Counted from the stretch's first letter, positions 1 to 12,492 are shown. The stretch: 64,000 bases of DNA from Chiloscyllium plagiosum (GCF_004010195.1 NC_057721.1:59721185-59785184), one strand, 5' to 3'. Program-made: numbers and translations. Notes: generated by a model from the letters alone, not told the origin.

Positions 1-3000
1 CTGTGTTCAGCAGCAGCAGCGAGGCAGTGTTCAGCAGCAGCAGTGAGGCAGTGTACAGCAACAGCAGTGAGGCAATGTTCAGCTGCAGCAGCGAGGCAGT
101 GTTCAGCAGCAGCAGTGAGGCAGTGTTCAGCAGCAGCAGTGAGGCAATGTTCAGCTGCAGCAGCGAGACAGTGTTCAGCAGCAACAGTGAGACAGTGTTC
201 AGCAGCAGCAGTGAGGCAGTGTTCAGCAGCAGTAGCGAGGCAGTATTCAGCATAAGTAGTGAGGCAATATTCAGCAGCAGCACTGAGACAGTGTTCAGCA
301 GCAGCAGTGAGGCAATGTTCAGCAGCAGCAGCGAGGCAGTGTTCAGCAGCAGCAGTGAGGCAGTGTTCAGCAGCAGCAGTGAGGCTGTGTTCAGCATCTG
401 CAGTGAGGCTGTGTTCAACAACAGCAGCGAGGCTGTGTTCAGCAGCAGCACCAGTGAGGCAGTGTTCAGCAGCAGCTGTGAGGCAGTGTTCAGCAGCAGC
501 TGTGAGGCAGTGTTCAGTAGCAGCACTGAGACAGTGTTCAAAAGCAGCAGTGAGACGGTGTTCAGCAGCAGCACTGAGACAGTGTTCAGCAGCATCAGCG
601 AAGCAGTGTCCAGCAGCACTAGCGAGGCAGTGTTCAGCAGCTGCAGTGCGTCAGTGTTAAGCAGCAGCAGTGCGGCAGTATTCAATAGCAGCGTTGCAGT
701 GTACAGCACGAGCTGCGAAGCAGTGTTCAGCAGCAGCGAGTCAGTGTTCAGGATCAGCAGCGAGGCAGTGTTCAACAGCAGCAGTGAGTCAGTGTTCAAC
801 AGCAGTGTTGCAGTGTACAGCAGCAGCAGAGAGGCTGTGTTCAGCAGCTGCAGCGAGGCAGTGTTCAGCAGCTGCAGCGAGGCAGTGTTCAGCAGCAGCA
901 GTGAGGCAGTGTTCAGCAGCAGCAGCGAAGCAGTGTTCAGCAACAGCAGCGAGGCAGTGTTCAGCAGCTGCTGTGAGGCACATTTCAATAGCAGTGAGGC
1001 AGTGTTCAGCAGCAGCAGCAAGACAGTGTTCAGCAGCAGCAGCAGCGAGTCAGTGTTCAGCAGCAGCAGTTGGTCAGTGTTCAGCAGCAGCAGCGAGTCA
1101 GTGTTCAGCAGCAGCAGTCAGTCAGCATTCAGCAGCAGCAGCGAGGCAGTGTTCAGCATCAGCAGTGGGACAGTGTTCAACAACAGCAGTGAGACAGTGT
1201 TCAACAGCAGTGTTGCAGTGTACAGCAGTAGCAGCGAGGCAGTGTTTAGCAGCAGCTGCGAGGCAGTATTCAGCAGCAGCAGTGAGGCAGTCTTCAACAG
1301 CAGCAGCGAAGCAGTGTTCAGCAGCAGCGAGGCAGTGTTCAGCAGCAGCAGCGAGGCAGTGTTCAGCAGCAGCAGCGAGGCAGTGTTCAACAGCAGCAGT
1401 GGGACAGTGTTCAACAGCAGCAGCGAGGCAGTGGGACAGTGTTCAACAACAGCAGTGTTGCAGTGTACAGCAGTAGCAGCGACGCAATGTTCAGCAGCAG
1501 CTGCGAGGCAGTATTCAGCAGCAGCAGTGAGGCAGTCTTCAACAGCAGCAGCGAAGCAGTGTTCAGCAGCAACGACGAGGCAGTGTTCAGCAGCAGCAGC
1601 GAGGCAGTGTTCAGCAGCAGCAGCGAGGCAGTGTTCAGCAGCAGCAGTGAGCAAGTTTTCGTCAGCAGCAGCGAGGCAGTGTTCAGCAGCAGTGAGACGT
1701 GTTCAGCAGCTGCAGTGAGGCAGTGTTCAACAGCAGCAGCGAGGCAGTGTTCAGCAGCAGTGAGACGTGTTCAGCAGCTGCAGTGAGACAGTGTTCAGCA
1801 GCAGCAGTGAGATGGTGTTCAGCAGCAGCAGCAGCGAGGCAGTGTTCAGCAGTAGCAGTGAGGCATTGTTCAGCAGCAGCAGTGAGACAGTGTTCAGCAG
1901 AAGCAGTGAGGCATTGTTCAGCAGCCACAGCGAGGCAGTGTTCATCAGCAGCAGTGAGGAAGTTTTCAGCAGCAGCAGTGAGGCAGTGTTCAGCAGCAGT
2001 AGCGAGGCAGTATTCAGCATAAGTAGTGAGGCAATATTCAGCAGCAGCACTGAGACAGTGTTCAGCAGCAGCAGTGAGGCAATGTTCAGCAGCAGCAGCG
2101 AGGCAGTGTTCAGCAGCAGCAGTGAGGCAGTGTTCAGCAGCAGCAGTGAGGCTGTGTTCAGCATCTGCAGTGAGGCTGTGTTCAACAACAGCAGCGAGGC
2201 AGTGTTCAGCAGCAGCACCAGTGAGGCAGTGTTCAGCAGCTGCAGTGCGGCAGTGTTCAGCAGCAGCAGTGCGGCAGTATTCAATAGCAGCGTTGCAGTG
2301 TACAGCACGAGCTGCGAAGCAGTGTTCAGCAGCAGCGAGTCAGTGTTCAGGATCAGCAGCGAGGCAGTGTTCAACAGCAGCAGTGGGACAGTGTTCAGCA
2401 GCAGGAGTGAGTCAGTGTTCAACAGCAGTGTTGCAGTGTACAGCAGTAGCAGAGAGGCTGTGTTCAGCAGCTGCAGCGAGGCAGTGTTCAGCAGCAGCAG
2501 TGAGGCAATGTTCAGCAGCANNNNNNNNNNNNNNNNNNNNNNNNNNNNNNNNNNNNNNNNNNNNNNNNNNNNNNNNNNNNNNNNNNNNNNNNNNNNNNNN
2601 NNNNNNNNNNNNNNNNNNNNNNNNNGAGACAGTGTTCAGCAGTAGCAGCGAGACAGTGTTCAGCAGTAGCAGCGAGACAGTGTTCAGCAGCAGCAGTGAG
2701 ATGGTGTTCAGCAGCAGCAGCAGCGAGGCAGTGTTCAGCAGCAGCAGTGAGACAGTGTTCAGCAGAAGCAGTGAGGCAGTGTTCAGCAGCCACAGCGAGG
2801 CAGTGTTCATCAGCAGCAGTGAGGAAGTTTTCAGCAGCAGCAGTCAGACAGTGTTCAACATCATCAACGACGCAGTGTTCAGCTGCAGCAACGAGGCAGT
2901 GTTCAGGATCAGCAGCGAGGCAGTGTTCAGGATCAGCAGCGAGGCAGAGTTCAGCAGCAGCAGTGAGGCAGTGTTTAGCTGCAGCAGCGAGGCAGTTTTG

Positions 3001-4468
3001 ATCAGTAGCAGTGGGACAGTGTTGAGTAGCAGCAGCGAAGCAGTGTTCAGCAGCAGTGAGGCAGTGTTCAGGCAGTGGGACAGTGTTCAACAGCAGCAGT
3101 GAGGCAGTGTTCAGCAGCAGCAGTGAGACAGTGTTCAGCAGTAGCAGCGAGACAGTGTTCAGCAGCAGCAGTGAGGCAGTGTTCAGGAGCAGCGAGGCAG
3201 TGTTCAGCAGCAGCAGCGAGGCAGTGTTCAGCAGCAGCAGTGAGACAGTGTTCAACAGCTGCAGTGAGGCAGTGTTGATCATCAGCAGTGAGACAGTGTT
3301 CAGCAGTAGCAGCGAGACAGTGTTCAGCAGTAGCAGCGAGACAGTGTTCAGCAGCAGCAGTGGGACAGTGTTCAGCAGCAGCAGCAGCGAGGCAGTGTTC
3401 AGCAGCAGCAGTAAGATGGAGTTCACCAGTGAGGCAGTATTCAGCAGCCGCAGTGAGGCAGTGTTCATCAGCAGCAGTGAGGCAGTGTTCAGCAGAAGCA
3501 GTGAGACAGTGTTCAGCAGCAGCATTGAGACCGTGTTCAGTAGCAGCAGTGAGGCAATATTCAGCAGTAGCAGCATTGCAGTGTGCAGCAGTAGCAGTGA
3601 GGCAGAGTTCAGTTACAGCAGCAATGTCTTGTTCAGCAGCAGCGAGGCAGTTTTCATCAGCAGCAGTGAGGTAGTGTTCAGCAGCGAGGCAGTGTTCAGC
3701 AGCAGTGCGACGGTGTTCAGCAGCTGCAGTGAGACAGTGTTCAGCAGCAGCAGTGAGATAGTGTTCAGCAGCAGCAGCAGCGATGCTGTGTTCAGCAGCA
3801 GCAGTGAGGCGGAGTTCAACAGCAGCAGTGGGACAGTGTTCAGCAGCAGGAGTGAAGCAGTGTACAGCAGTAGCAGTGAGGCAGTGTTCAGCAGCTGCAG
3901 TGAGGCAGTGTTCAGCAGCAGGAGCGAGACAGTTTTCAGCAGCAGCAGTGAGGCAGTGTTCAGCAACAGCAGCGAGGCAGTGTTCAGCAACAGCAGCGAG
4001 GCAGTGTTCAGCAGCAGTGTCGAGGCAGTGTTCAGCAGCTGCTGTGAGGCACATTTCAACAGCAATGAGGCAGTGTTCAGCAGCAGCAGCAAGGCAGTGT
4101 TCAGCAGCAGCAGCAGTGAGTCAGTGTTCAGCAGCAGCAGTTAGTCAGTGTTCAGCAGCAGCAGCGAGGCAGTGTTCAGCATCAGCAGTGGGACAGTGTT
4201 CAACAGCAGCAATTAGGCAGTGTTCAACAGCAGTGTTGCAGTGTACAGCAGTAGCAGCGAGGCAGTGTTCAGCAGCAGCTGCGAGGCAGTATTCAGCAGC
4301 AGCAGTGAGGCAGTCTTCAACAGCAGCAGCGAAGCAGTGTTCAGCAGCAGCGAGGAAGTGTTCAGCAGCAGCAGCGAGGCAGTGTTCAGCAGCAGCAGCG
4401 AGGCAGTGTTCAACAGCAGCAGCGAGGCAGTGGGGCAGTGTTCAACAACAGCAGTGTTGAAGTGTACA
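1..4468 (+). repeat. CAG-rich minisatellite/satellite array, consensus unit GAGGCAGTGTTCAGCAGCAGCAGY (24 bp; 21/27-bp variants)
   Basis: Continuous tandem copies from base 1 to the gap at 4469. Unit length varies mainly by the number of CAG triplets. The array explains all the S/A/L-rich ORFs in the track. Confidence 0.97.
2521..2625. other. assembly gap (105 N)
   Basis: run of n inside the satellite. Confidence 1.
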
Positions 4469-4968
4469 NNNNNNNNNNNNNNNNNNNNNNNNNNNNNNNN
4501 NNNNNNNNNNNNNNNNNNNNNNNNNNNNNNNNNNNNNNNNNNNNNNNNNNNNNNNNNNNNNNNNNNNNNNNNNNNNNNNNNNNNNNNNNNNNNNNNNNNN
4601 NNNNNNNNNNNNNNNNNNNNNNNNNNNNNNNNNNNNNNNNNNNNNNNNNNNNNNNNNNNNNNNNNNNNNNNNNNNNNNNNNNNNNNNNNNNNNNNNNNNN
4701 NNNNNNNNNNNNNNNNNNNNNNNNNNNNNNNNNNNNNNNNNNNNNNNNNNNNNNNNNNNNNNNNNNNNNNNNNNNNNNNNNNNNNNNNNNNNNNNNNNNN
4801 NNNNNNNNNNNNNNNNNNNNNNNNNNNNNNNNNNNNNNNNNNNNNNNNNNNNNNNNNNNNNNNNNNNNNNNNNNNNNNNNNNNNNNNNNNNNNNNNNNNN
4901 NNNNNNNNNNNNNNNNNNNNNNNNNNNNNNNNNNNNNNNNNNNNNNNNNNNNNNNNNNNNNNNNNNNN
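4469..4968. other. assembly gap (500 N)
   Basis: run of n at the satellite edge. Confidence 1.
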
Positions 4969-5262
4969 GCCCAGCATGCTGGAGCACAATCCTTCTCGGA
5001 GAAAGCCCAGCTTGGAGTATCTGTGGGCCTGTATGTCAAATAAGATCTGTAGTGTTTGACATTTTAAAGTTATTTGTTTATTTTTCTACCTTTATGCTGA
5101 GAAATGTAATGTGCTGAATTTTTAAACTTATTCCTTTATTACTCTTTTTTTAAACGAAAATATTTTACCTCAGAGGACTCTGTGTGTGGTGACATTGGGC
5201 ACTGTTCATTGTCCTCTTGTATCCTGTACTTGAACACACATGGCAATAAAACCTGAATCCTA
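4969..5262 (+). mobile_element. probable 3' end of a non-LTR element
   Basis: T-rich tract ending in gtacttgaacacacatggcAATAAAacctgaatcc, a LINE/SINE-type tail. Family not resolved. Confidence 0.3.
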
Positions 5263-6778
5263 GCTGGTTCCCCTCACCTCAGAACAGACAATCTTCCATA
5301 CTGCACCGTGTCCTGAAACAACTGGAAAAGTGGGAATTTCTGGTGTGCAGAGTCCCAGCCACTCAGACCCACCTCTCAATGATATTTAGCTTGTTCTGGA
5401 ACCATGGAATTTAGATACCTCCCAAAGACATCTTGGAGACTTACAGAGCCACCATAACCAGATTTTTGACATATTGTTGTTCCAATGCTCTCCTCCTCCT
5501 TGATATCCTGTGGAATCCCACATCATTTTGGGTCCATTATTTATCAATGCAATTTATAAACATTGACATTGTTTCTGGCAAAGGTGTAAACTTTGGAGCT
5601 GGAAATGTCTTAATAATTGAAACTAAATGAAACAGAGCACTGCATACTGAGGACGTTAAATTCACACACAGCTCTTTTGCAAATACTTGCTGTGAAATAG
5701 TGGTGCCTGCAATGTTTTAAAATGGCTTTTGCACCTTCAACAGGGTAACTTTTGGTTATTTTTTTCAAAAAGATATCTGAAACAAGAAATGAATAAGAAA
5801 AAATACAAGTTGGTTCAACATTTTGATGAAAAGCACTAGCAGTAGAGTAATACCATCCGATCGGAATCAAAGGAAAACACTCCATATGCGAGAGAAGCCT
5901 GGAAACCAATGGGGCTGGCAGACATAGTGATGGAAGTCTTAATCCCTTTAATTCCTTACTACCTTGAACTAGTTCACAAAATGGTGGAGAGATTAGAGCC
6001 TGAAAGTGCAGAATCCATACAGCAATCTCCCAGTGTGATCTTATCTTCAGATTCACAAAGACTGGTTATCAGTCAACACATCCTCTTTGGATCAATTTTC
6101 TTCCTCCTTTTCCCCCAACTAGCTGCTTCTTTGCTGTTTTCCCTCAGGTATAATATGTTTGCAGCCAATGCATTTCAACATCCCCTGCACACTGGAGTTT
6201 AGCATTGAGCCTGATTGCCAAGGCAAACATCAGGTTATTGCAGCAGTCACTGAATTACAATTGTCCCTTAGTTGAACTCCTAAGGATTAAGATGCCCCAT
6301 GTGTGAGATATCAGCATAACCTAATGGAAAAATAGAACATATTAAAATGGCTTCAGTTTATCAAAAGCATCACATTCTTACTTGCAGCAAGAAAGTAAGG
6401 CAAACAAGTCTTGCTGATATCTCACATATTCTGCTAAGCCTGTTTAATGTCTCAAAATGTACAGAAAATGTTTACTTCAGATTTTAAGAAGCTGATATTG
6501 CAGTCTCCAGACTCAGTCGTTGTCTGCATTGAATCGCCGAATTGTTCAGTTTATTAGACGTCAGTAAGATCAGAGGGGATTCAACAGCTAATGATGTTTT
6601 GCATATGTATGAATGCACAAAACAATTATTTATTTTCCCTTTTTGTGAAAATAATAGGATTTTGGGGAACTGATGATTTGAGTTTGTAAACCCCAAAGTT
6701 GCCAAATTCAAGTTATCTTCTGAGCTGTGTGAAGTGGTTTTTGGCCAAAATTAACAAGGGCTGCCATCTTGAGGTTGA

Positions 6779-6997
6779 CAAAGTTAAAAATCACACAACA
6801 CGGGGTTATAGCCATGATTCAATCAGCCATGATTGAATGGCGGAGTGGACTCGATGGGCCGAATGGCCTTACTTCCACTCCTATGTCTTATGGTCTTATA
6901 GTCCCAACAGGTACAAGCTTACCTCCAAATAAACCTGGTGTTGTGTGATTTTTAACTTTGTCCGCCCCAGTCCAACACTGGCACCTCCACATCATGA
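6779..6997. mobile_element. Penelope-like fold-back element (aaaaatcacacaacacc family) interrupted by a CR1 3' tail
   Basis: Inverted arms aaagttaaaaatcacacaacac / gtgttgtgtgatttttaacttt. Same family as 20404-20559. Imperfect 15-bp TSD at 6764-6778 and 6998-7012. Confidence 0.75.
6811..6899 (+). mobile_element. CR1 LINE 3' tail
   Basis: gatgggccgaatggcct...cctatgtcttatggtctta is the CR1 3' stem plus short tandem tail. Confidence 0.8.
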
Positions 6998-7599
6998 CCA
7001 TCCTCAGGTTGAATATTTCTGGAAATTTGATCAAGAAGATCAACTGATATCAGATGTGATATCACACCAGGTGGTCTCTGATCTGAGGATGGTCAGTAAC
7101 TGTTGTTGCCTTTACCTTTTAAAGGTTAAAATAAAAGTGACAAAATCATTTCACATCGGCAGCTATTGGGTGAGCTATTCTGAGCAAGTGAAGAAGGGAA
7201 GTCAAGGGTAGGATAAAGTGGAAAGAGAAAGTGATGACAAGATTCACAGGAGGAGGAACCTGACGTAGAAGCAACTTTGTTCCCCACAGCAACTAAGGAT
7301 AGATGCCAGAGGTTTGGTGAGCTAACTCTCAAACCAGTGACGTTCAAAATTCTCTCATAAAATTTGACACACTAGGAAAGCATAACAGTGCAGAAAAAGA
7401 TAAGTTGACTGGAATAGGAAAGGAAGAGCAGTTTAATGAAAATATTACATTATGTTAAGGTCCAGGCAGGAAATAATAGTAATAACAAAGCCAAAGCCAA
7501 CTCTTTATTCCAGTGTTTGTTGATTTTGAATTTCATCATCTGCCATGATGAGATTAAGACTTATGTCTGCAGAACATTGCAGAGGATTCTGGATTGCTG

Positions 7600-7960
7600 G
7601 CCCAGTGACATTACCAATATGCCACTGCCTCCCATCCTCTTGTTGATACAATGCATCCGTTTTTAGATAGGGGATGTTGTGGAGCAGACGATAGGTCTGA
7701 TGAAGATGACATTTGGATGTTTGGATCAGTCGGATGGGATCTTGCAATACAGCCCAGAGAGAGCGTGCTGCATCATCCTAGCATGCTATGTTCTACATAA
7801 CAGGCAAAGAAGGGATGTGATGGACTCTGAAGAGCTGGGAGAGTGGCAGCAGTCTTCAAAGAAGAAGATGAACACGTTGAACAGAAGGAACATCACTTCA
7901 GTATGATCGAACGCTGCAGCATCAGGAACAACAATACAGACAGAACCTAATGATACCAAT
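7600..7960 (+). mobile_element. PIF/Harbinger transposase relic (HARBI1-like C-terminus)
   Basis: EQTIGLMKMTFGCLDQSDGILQYSPERACCIILACYVLHN resembles the Harbinger IE-x-x-IG-x-LK-x-RF-x-CL...LQYSP...AC-x-x-LHN motif. Confidence 0.85.
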
Positions 7961-8514
7961 AGATGAGAGCTAAGTACAGTGATCACACACTGTACATCTG
8001 TTACTGTTAGAAAGGCAGCAGTCCCTCTCTGTTCCCAAATGCTGCTTTTGTCTTTTTCTTTGCTTTTATTGCGACTGAATTTAAGTGAATGTTTTCAACT
8101 ATTTGAAGACTTTCCAGTGTATGATGGCTCCTCATTGAACTATGAGAAGATGTTGGGTTAGATCAGGCACTGGGGAAAGAGTAACACTCCCTTAATCGAG
8201 ATTTCAAATTGGGGTGATGCTGAGGATGACACTAACCTGTATAGTTTGGTTCTTAAATAGCAGTATACCTCTGAAGGTGCACTTGTCCTTGAAATGAAGA
8301 GTCAGCCATGCCAACAATATGCCCTCATAATAATTTCTATTTTGCCCCATTCCCAGTTCACATGCACCATGAAGGGTAGTTCCTGTCTGGCAGTGCTTTA
8401 CGGGGTGCATGGCTTGACTTTAAAATTGGTATCAGCGCCAAGAATATTGGGAAATCCATTAGATATAGGAACAGGACAATTGCAGGAAGACTTCCATACT
8501 CGTATACTCCAATC

Positions 8515-9035
8515 CCATTGAAATATGGGACAACATTCCATCAGCCTTCTTGATTCCCTGTTGTACCTATGTGCTAGCTTTCTGTGTTTTGTGCACAAGG
8601 CCTTTTGTATTGTAGCTTTCTGCAATTTTTCTCCATTTACATAATATTCTGTTCTTTTATTCTCCCTTCCAAAATGAACAACTTTACATTTTTCAACTTA
8701 TTTAATCTATGAATATCTCCCCATAAACTACCTTTCTACCTATTTTTGTGTCGTCTGCAAATTTGTACATTCACATCCTTCCTCCAAGTCATAAAGATAT
8801 ATTATAAACAGTTGTGGTACCAGCACTAATCCCTGTTGAACCCTACTGGGGGGTTGCAGGCAGCTAACATGTAAAAGAACCCCTTATCCACACTCACTGT
8901 TTCCCACCCATTAATCAATTCTCTACCCACAAAAATATACGACGTCCAACACCATGGGCTCTTAACGTATTACTGAACCTTTTGTGAGGTAGTTATCAAA
9001 CACCTTCTGGAAGTCCTAATACAGCACTAGTTCCC
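8515..9035 (-). mobile_element. old CR1-type LINE RT fragment
   Basis: minus strand shows decayed DFQKxFD, GxxQGxVL and FADDT motifs. Confidence 0.7.
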
Positions 9036-9461
9036 TTCTAGTTTGGCAGTGGTGAGCTCTTTAGTCTCTGAGAGAGGCAAGAAAGCATAAGCAGGGCACC
9101 AGAGATGCTTGGTGCATAGCTAATGTGGCAAGTTGTAGACAATGACATAGGAAAACTCGCTCGGGCTCTTGGAGAGGAACCCATCGTGAAACACTGAGTC
9201 CAACATTTAAAGGGACATTGCAAAACTGAGCTGCAGAAGAAACATGCCATTAGGCATCACACATCTGAGTCACTAACTGGGAGGAAGTGTTGAAAGGAAA
9301 GGGAGAGGTTATGGCATCTGGGAATCATCCACCCTGAACCTGTCCCTGGAGGAGATGTGCTGACTGGACAGTGATACTGGACAAGATGCTGAATTATCTT
9401 GTATACTGGAGAGTTACATTGCCGAACATTCTTAACAAGGTTGCATAGCGCTTCCCAAGAT

Positions 9462-9812
9462 AGTAGTGTCATGGTTGTATCTTTGGTTTAGTAATCAAGA
9501 GGTCCAGGGTAATCCTTTGGTGATATGGATTCAAACTTTATCCCAGCAGCTGGTGGGATTTAAATTCAAATAGCAAAAAAAAATCTGAAATTGAGAGCTA
9601 GCCATCAGTAATGGCCACCTTGGAAATATTAAAACTTGTTCCTCAAAAATATCTGTCCACGCCCTTATTTTGCCACATCCTTATCCAGTCTGGCATCTAT
9701 GTGATGAAGTGGTTGACCTGTAACTACCTTGTGAGACACTTGGCTCAAAGGGCATTAAGAATAGGCAACACATTCAGGCCTTACCAATGATGATCACATC
9801 ACATAAACAATA
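9462..9812 (+). mobile_element. tRNA-derived SINE sharing its 3' tail with the LINE fragments at 10108, 26355 and 48905
   Basis: tRNA-like head, conserved core (agtaatggcc...) and tail (ggcaacacattcaggccttaccaatgatgatcacatc). Homologous to 62598-62955. Confidence 0.65.
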
Positions 9813-10107
9813 ATAATCCATCAGGTGATACTGGCTTCCCGAGATCAGAACTCCCAAAATATAATACAGCTGCAAATCTGCATCATCTACATTCCCAAGT
9901 TTAATTGAATTGTGTTTATTCAACAAATGAAAACCTACACCATGTTCCTGATGACATCCAGCCTGTCAGATGGTGCCATAATGGTAGGACAAAATCCAGT
10001 CCAAAGGCTTCTTGATATCAAACTCTCACAAATGCTGTCTTGGTTTCAATGACAGTAACTTTCAACTTAGCTCTGGAAGTTTGCTCTGTTTCCGACAAAG
10101 GTATCAT

Positions 10108-10297
10108 TTTTAAAAAAATCACTCACAGGAATAGGGCAGTGCAGGCCAGGCTAGAATGTATTGCCCATCCTTAATTGTCCATTGCAATGGAATGGTGAGC
10201 TGTCTTCTTGTCCCACTGCAGTCCAAGCAATGTTGGTACATCCCCAATGCTGTTAGGGAGGGATTTCCAGGATTTTGAACCAGCAACAATGAAGGAA
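10108..10297 (-). mobile_element. LINE 3' end, continuing at ~11480-11820 after later insertions
   Basis: homologous, in reverse orientation, to the LINE tail at 48905-49280. Confidence 0.65.
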
Positions 10298-10835
10298 CAT
10301 ATGAACACAGAATGTAGGTCATTTGGCCCTTCAAGCCTGCTTCTCCATTTGCTTTGGTTATGGCTGTTCATCCAACTCAGTACCCTGTTCTTGCTTTCTC
10401 CTGTGCTCTTTGATTCCTTTATGCTATGAACCAGATCTAACTCCTTCTCGAAATTATTTTGCCTCAACCACATTCTGTGGCATTGAATTCCATAAGGTCA
10501 CCACTCCTTTGGTAAATAAATTTCTCCTCATCTCAATCCTAAATGACATACCTCACATCCTTCAACTGTGATCCCTGGTCATCAGGAATATCCTTTGAAA
10601 CATTCTAAATCCTTCCAGTTTACCCTGTCTAGTTACTGTTAGAATTTTAGAGGTTTCTATGAGATCACCTTTCGTTCTTCTAACCTTCAATAAATGTATA
10701 GTCTTAACTGATCCAGTCTCTCTTCATATGTCAGTCCTGCTATCCCAACAATCAGCCTGGTAAACCTTCAATGCTCTTTTTCCATAACTAGAACATCTTT
10801 CCTCAGATAAGGACATCAAAACTGCTTACAATAGC
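10298..10835 (-). mobile_element. CR1 LINE 3' fragment
   Basis: reverse complement of the CR1 ORF2 C-terminus and 3' tail. Confidence 0.8.
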
Positions 10836-10860
10836 AAACAGCCAATTCCAAACGCCAGGA

Positions 10861-11479
10861 TGTTGTGTGGCTTTGCAGTGTTTGGCTTAAAATTGATATC
10901 TCCAAACCAGACCATTATAGTTAATGATTAAGGGTTAAATTGGACACAGCAATGAGCAATTGAAGCAAAGCAGAAAAATCCCTCAAAATACACCTAGGGT
11001 AAAAAAAAGGCTGTTTTGACTGGGAGGTATTTGCTTAACCTTGGTTGTCTAAGGTAGTTCTTTTATGTAGTTAACATAGAGCCACCTGGAGATATTTTTT
11101 AACTTGTTTTATGCACAATGGTAAGTCTGAAAAGTACTAAAAATGTTATAAAGTAGCTACACAGCATTTATCAGGGACTTTGTCCCACTCTTTGTACTTT
11201 CCCCATCAGACCAGGTTCAAGAGAACAATGCGATGGAATCTGAGATAGAGCTCCAAGCGCCAGCTGTCCAAACTGCCCGGTGTGAAGACAAAACAGAGAG
11301 TCTCATTAGTTTGCACATGAATAAAGTAGTTTAAGCTAATAGATTTGTTCATCAGTTTGTGTGTATATATTAAATAAATTAAGCTAATAAATTACCATTA
11401 TATTCTGCACGGAACTGCAGATGTCTTGGTGTTATCATTTTAATCAGAATGAATCCGTTAGGTACTCTCAGCCTAACAA
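10861..11479 (+). mobile_element. possible solo LTR
   Basis: Starts TGTTG, ends CTAACA, has AATAAA signals near the 3' end and splits an older LINE. No TSD recognised. Confidence 0.35.
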
Positions 11480-11821
11480 TACAGGTTTGGAAGGGAACTT
11501 GCTACCTAAATATTTGCTGCCCTTGTCCTAGCTAGTAGAGGCTGTGAATTTGGAAGGCGCTGTCTGAGGAGCCTTGATGAAATTGTGCAAAACATTTTGT
11601 AGATTATTCACATTGCTGTCACTGTACGTCAATGGTAGGGGAGTGAAGGTTTATGGCCTTAGATGGGATGCAGATCAAAATGGTTGTTTTTTTTCCTGGA
11701 TATTGTTGAACCTCTTGTCTATAGTTGGAGCTGCAGCTAACCATCCAAATAGGGAGTATCACATTACGCTCAGATTGTGCCTTGTGAATGATGGACAGGC
11801 TTTGAGGAGTCAAGAGGTGTA

Positions 11822-12492
11822 TTATCTAAGATTACAAAGGGATCTTGATCAATTGAGCCATTGTGCTGAGGAGTGGCAGATGGAGTTTAATTTGAATAAA
11901 TGTGAGGTATTGCATTTTGGTAAGAGAAACAAGGAAAGGACCTATACAGCTAATGGTCAGGCCCTGGGTAGAGTTGTTGAGCAGAAAGACCAATGGGTTC
12001 AAGTATATAGTTGCATCTCAGGTAGACAGGGTGGTTAAGAAGGTGTCTAATATGCTTGCCTCCATTGCTCAAATCATTGAGTATAGGAGTTGCAGCATAA
12101 TGTTGAAGTTGTACAGGACATTGGTGAGGCCACGTTTGGAGTACTGTGTACAATTCTTGTCACCCAGTTATAGGAAGGATGGTATTAAATTGGAGAGGGT
12201 TCAGAAAAGATTTACCAGGGTGTTTCCAGCAATGGAGGGATTGAGTTATAAGAATGGGCTGGGACTTTTTTCACAGGAGCATAGGACGGTGAGGGGTGAC
12301 CTTATAGAGGCTTATAAAATCATCTGGGGCATAGAAAAAGGGAATAACAAAGGTCATTTCCCCAGGGTGGGCGAGTTCAAATCCGGGGCATATTTTTAAG
12401 GTGAGAGGAGAATGGTTTAAAAGGATATAAAGGTAACGTTTTCCTGCAAAGGGTAGTTTGTATGTGGAATGAACTGCCAGACAAAGTGATAC
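11822..12492 (+). mobile_element. CR1 LINE ORF2 3' fragment
   Basis: LQRDLDQL..W..EWQMEFN..KCEVLHFG and LYRTLVRPRLEYCVQF...LERVQKRFTR, frameshifted. Confidence 0.92.

Noticed and set aside
3-1718. 571-aa Ser-rich protein (sialophosphoprotein/mucin/antifreeze-like)
   Set aside because: The ORF is a by-product of a stop-poor 24-bp unit. It switches register mid-way, has no signal peptide or clear splice structure, and sister blocks contain in-register TAG stops (4142, ~4214).
1-4468. CRISPR array or other repeat-spacer system
   Set aside because: The units are contiguous with no unique spacers, there are no cas genes, and the context is a vertebrate genome.
4213-5059. ORFs spanning N runs (also 27569-28819 and 27775-28725)
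   Set aside because: Artefacts of translating assembly gaps.
5610-6202. 148-aa and 97-aa ORFs as host exons
   Set aside because: No recognisable domain and no convincing splice pair.
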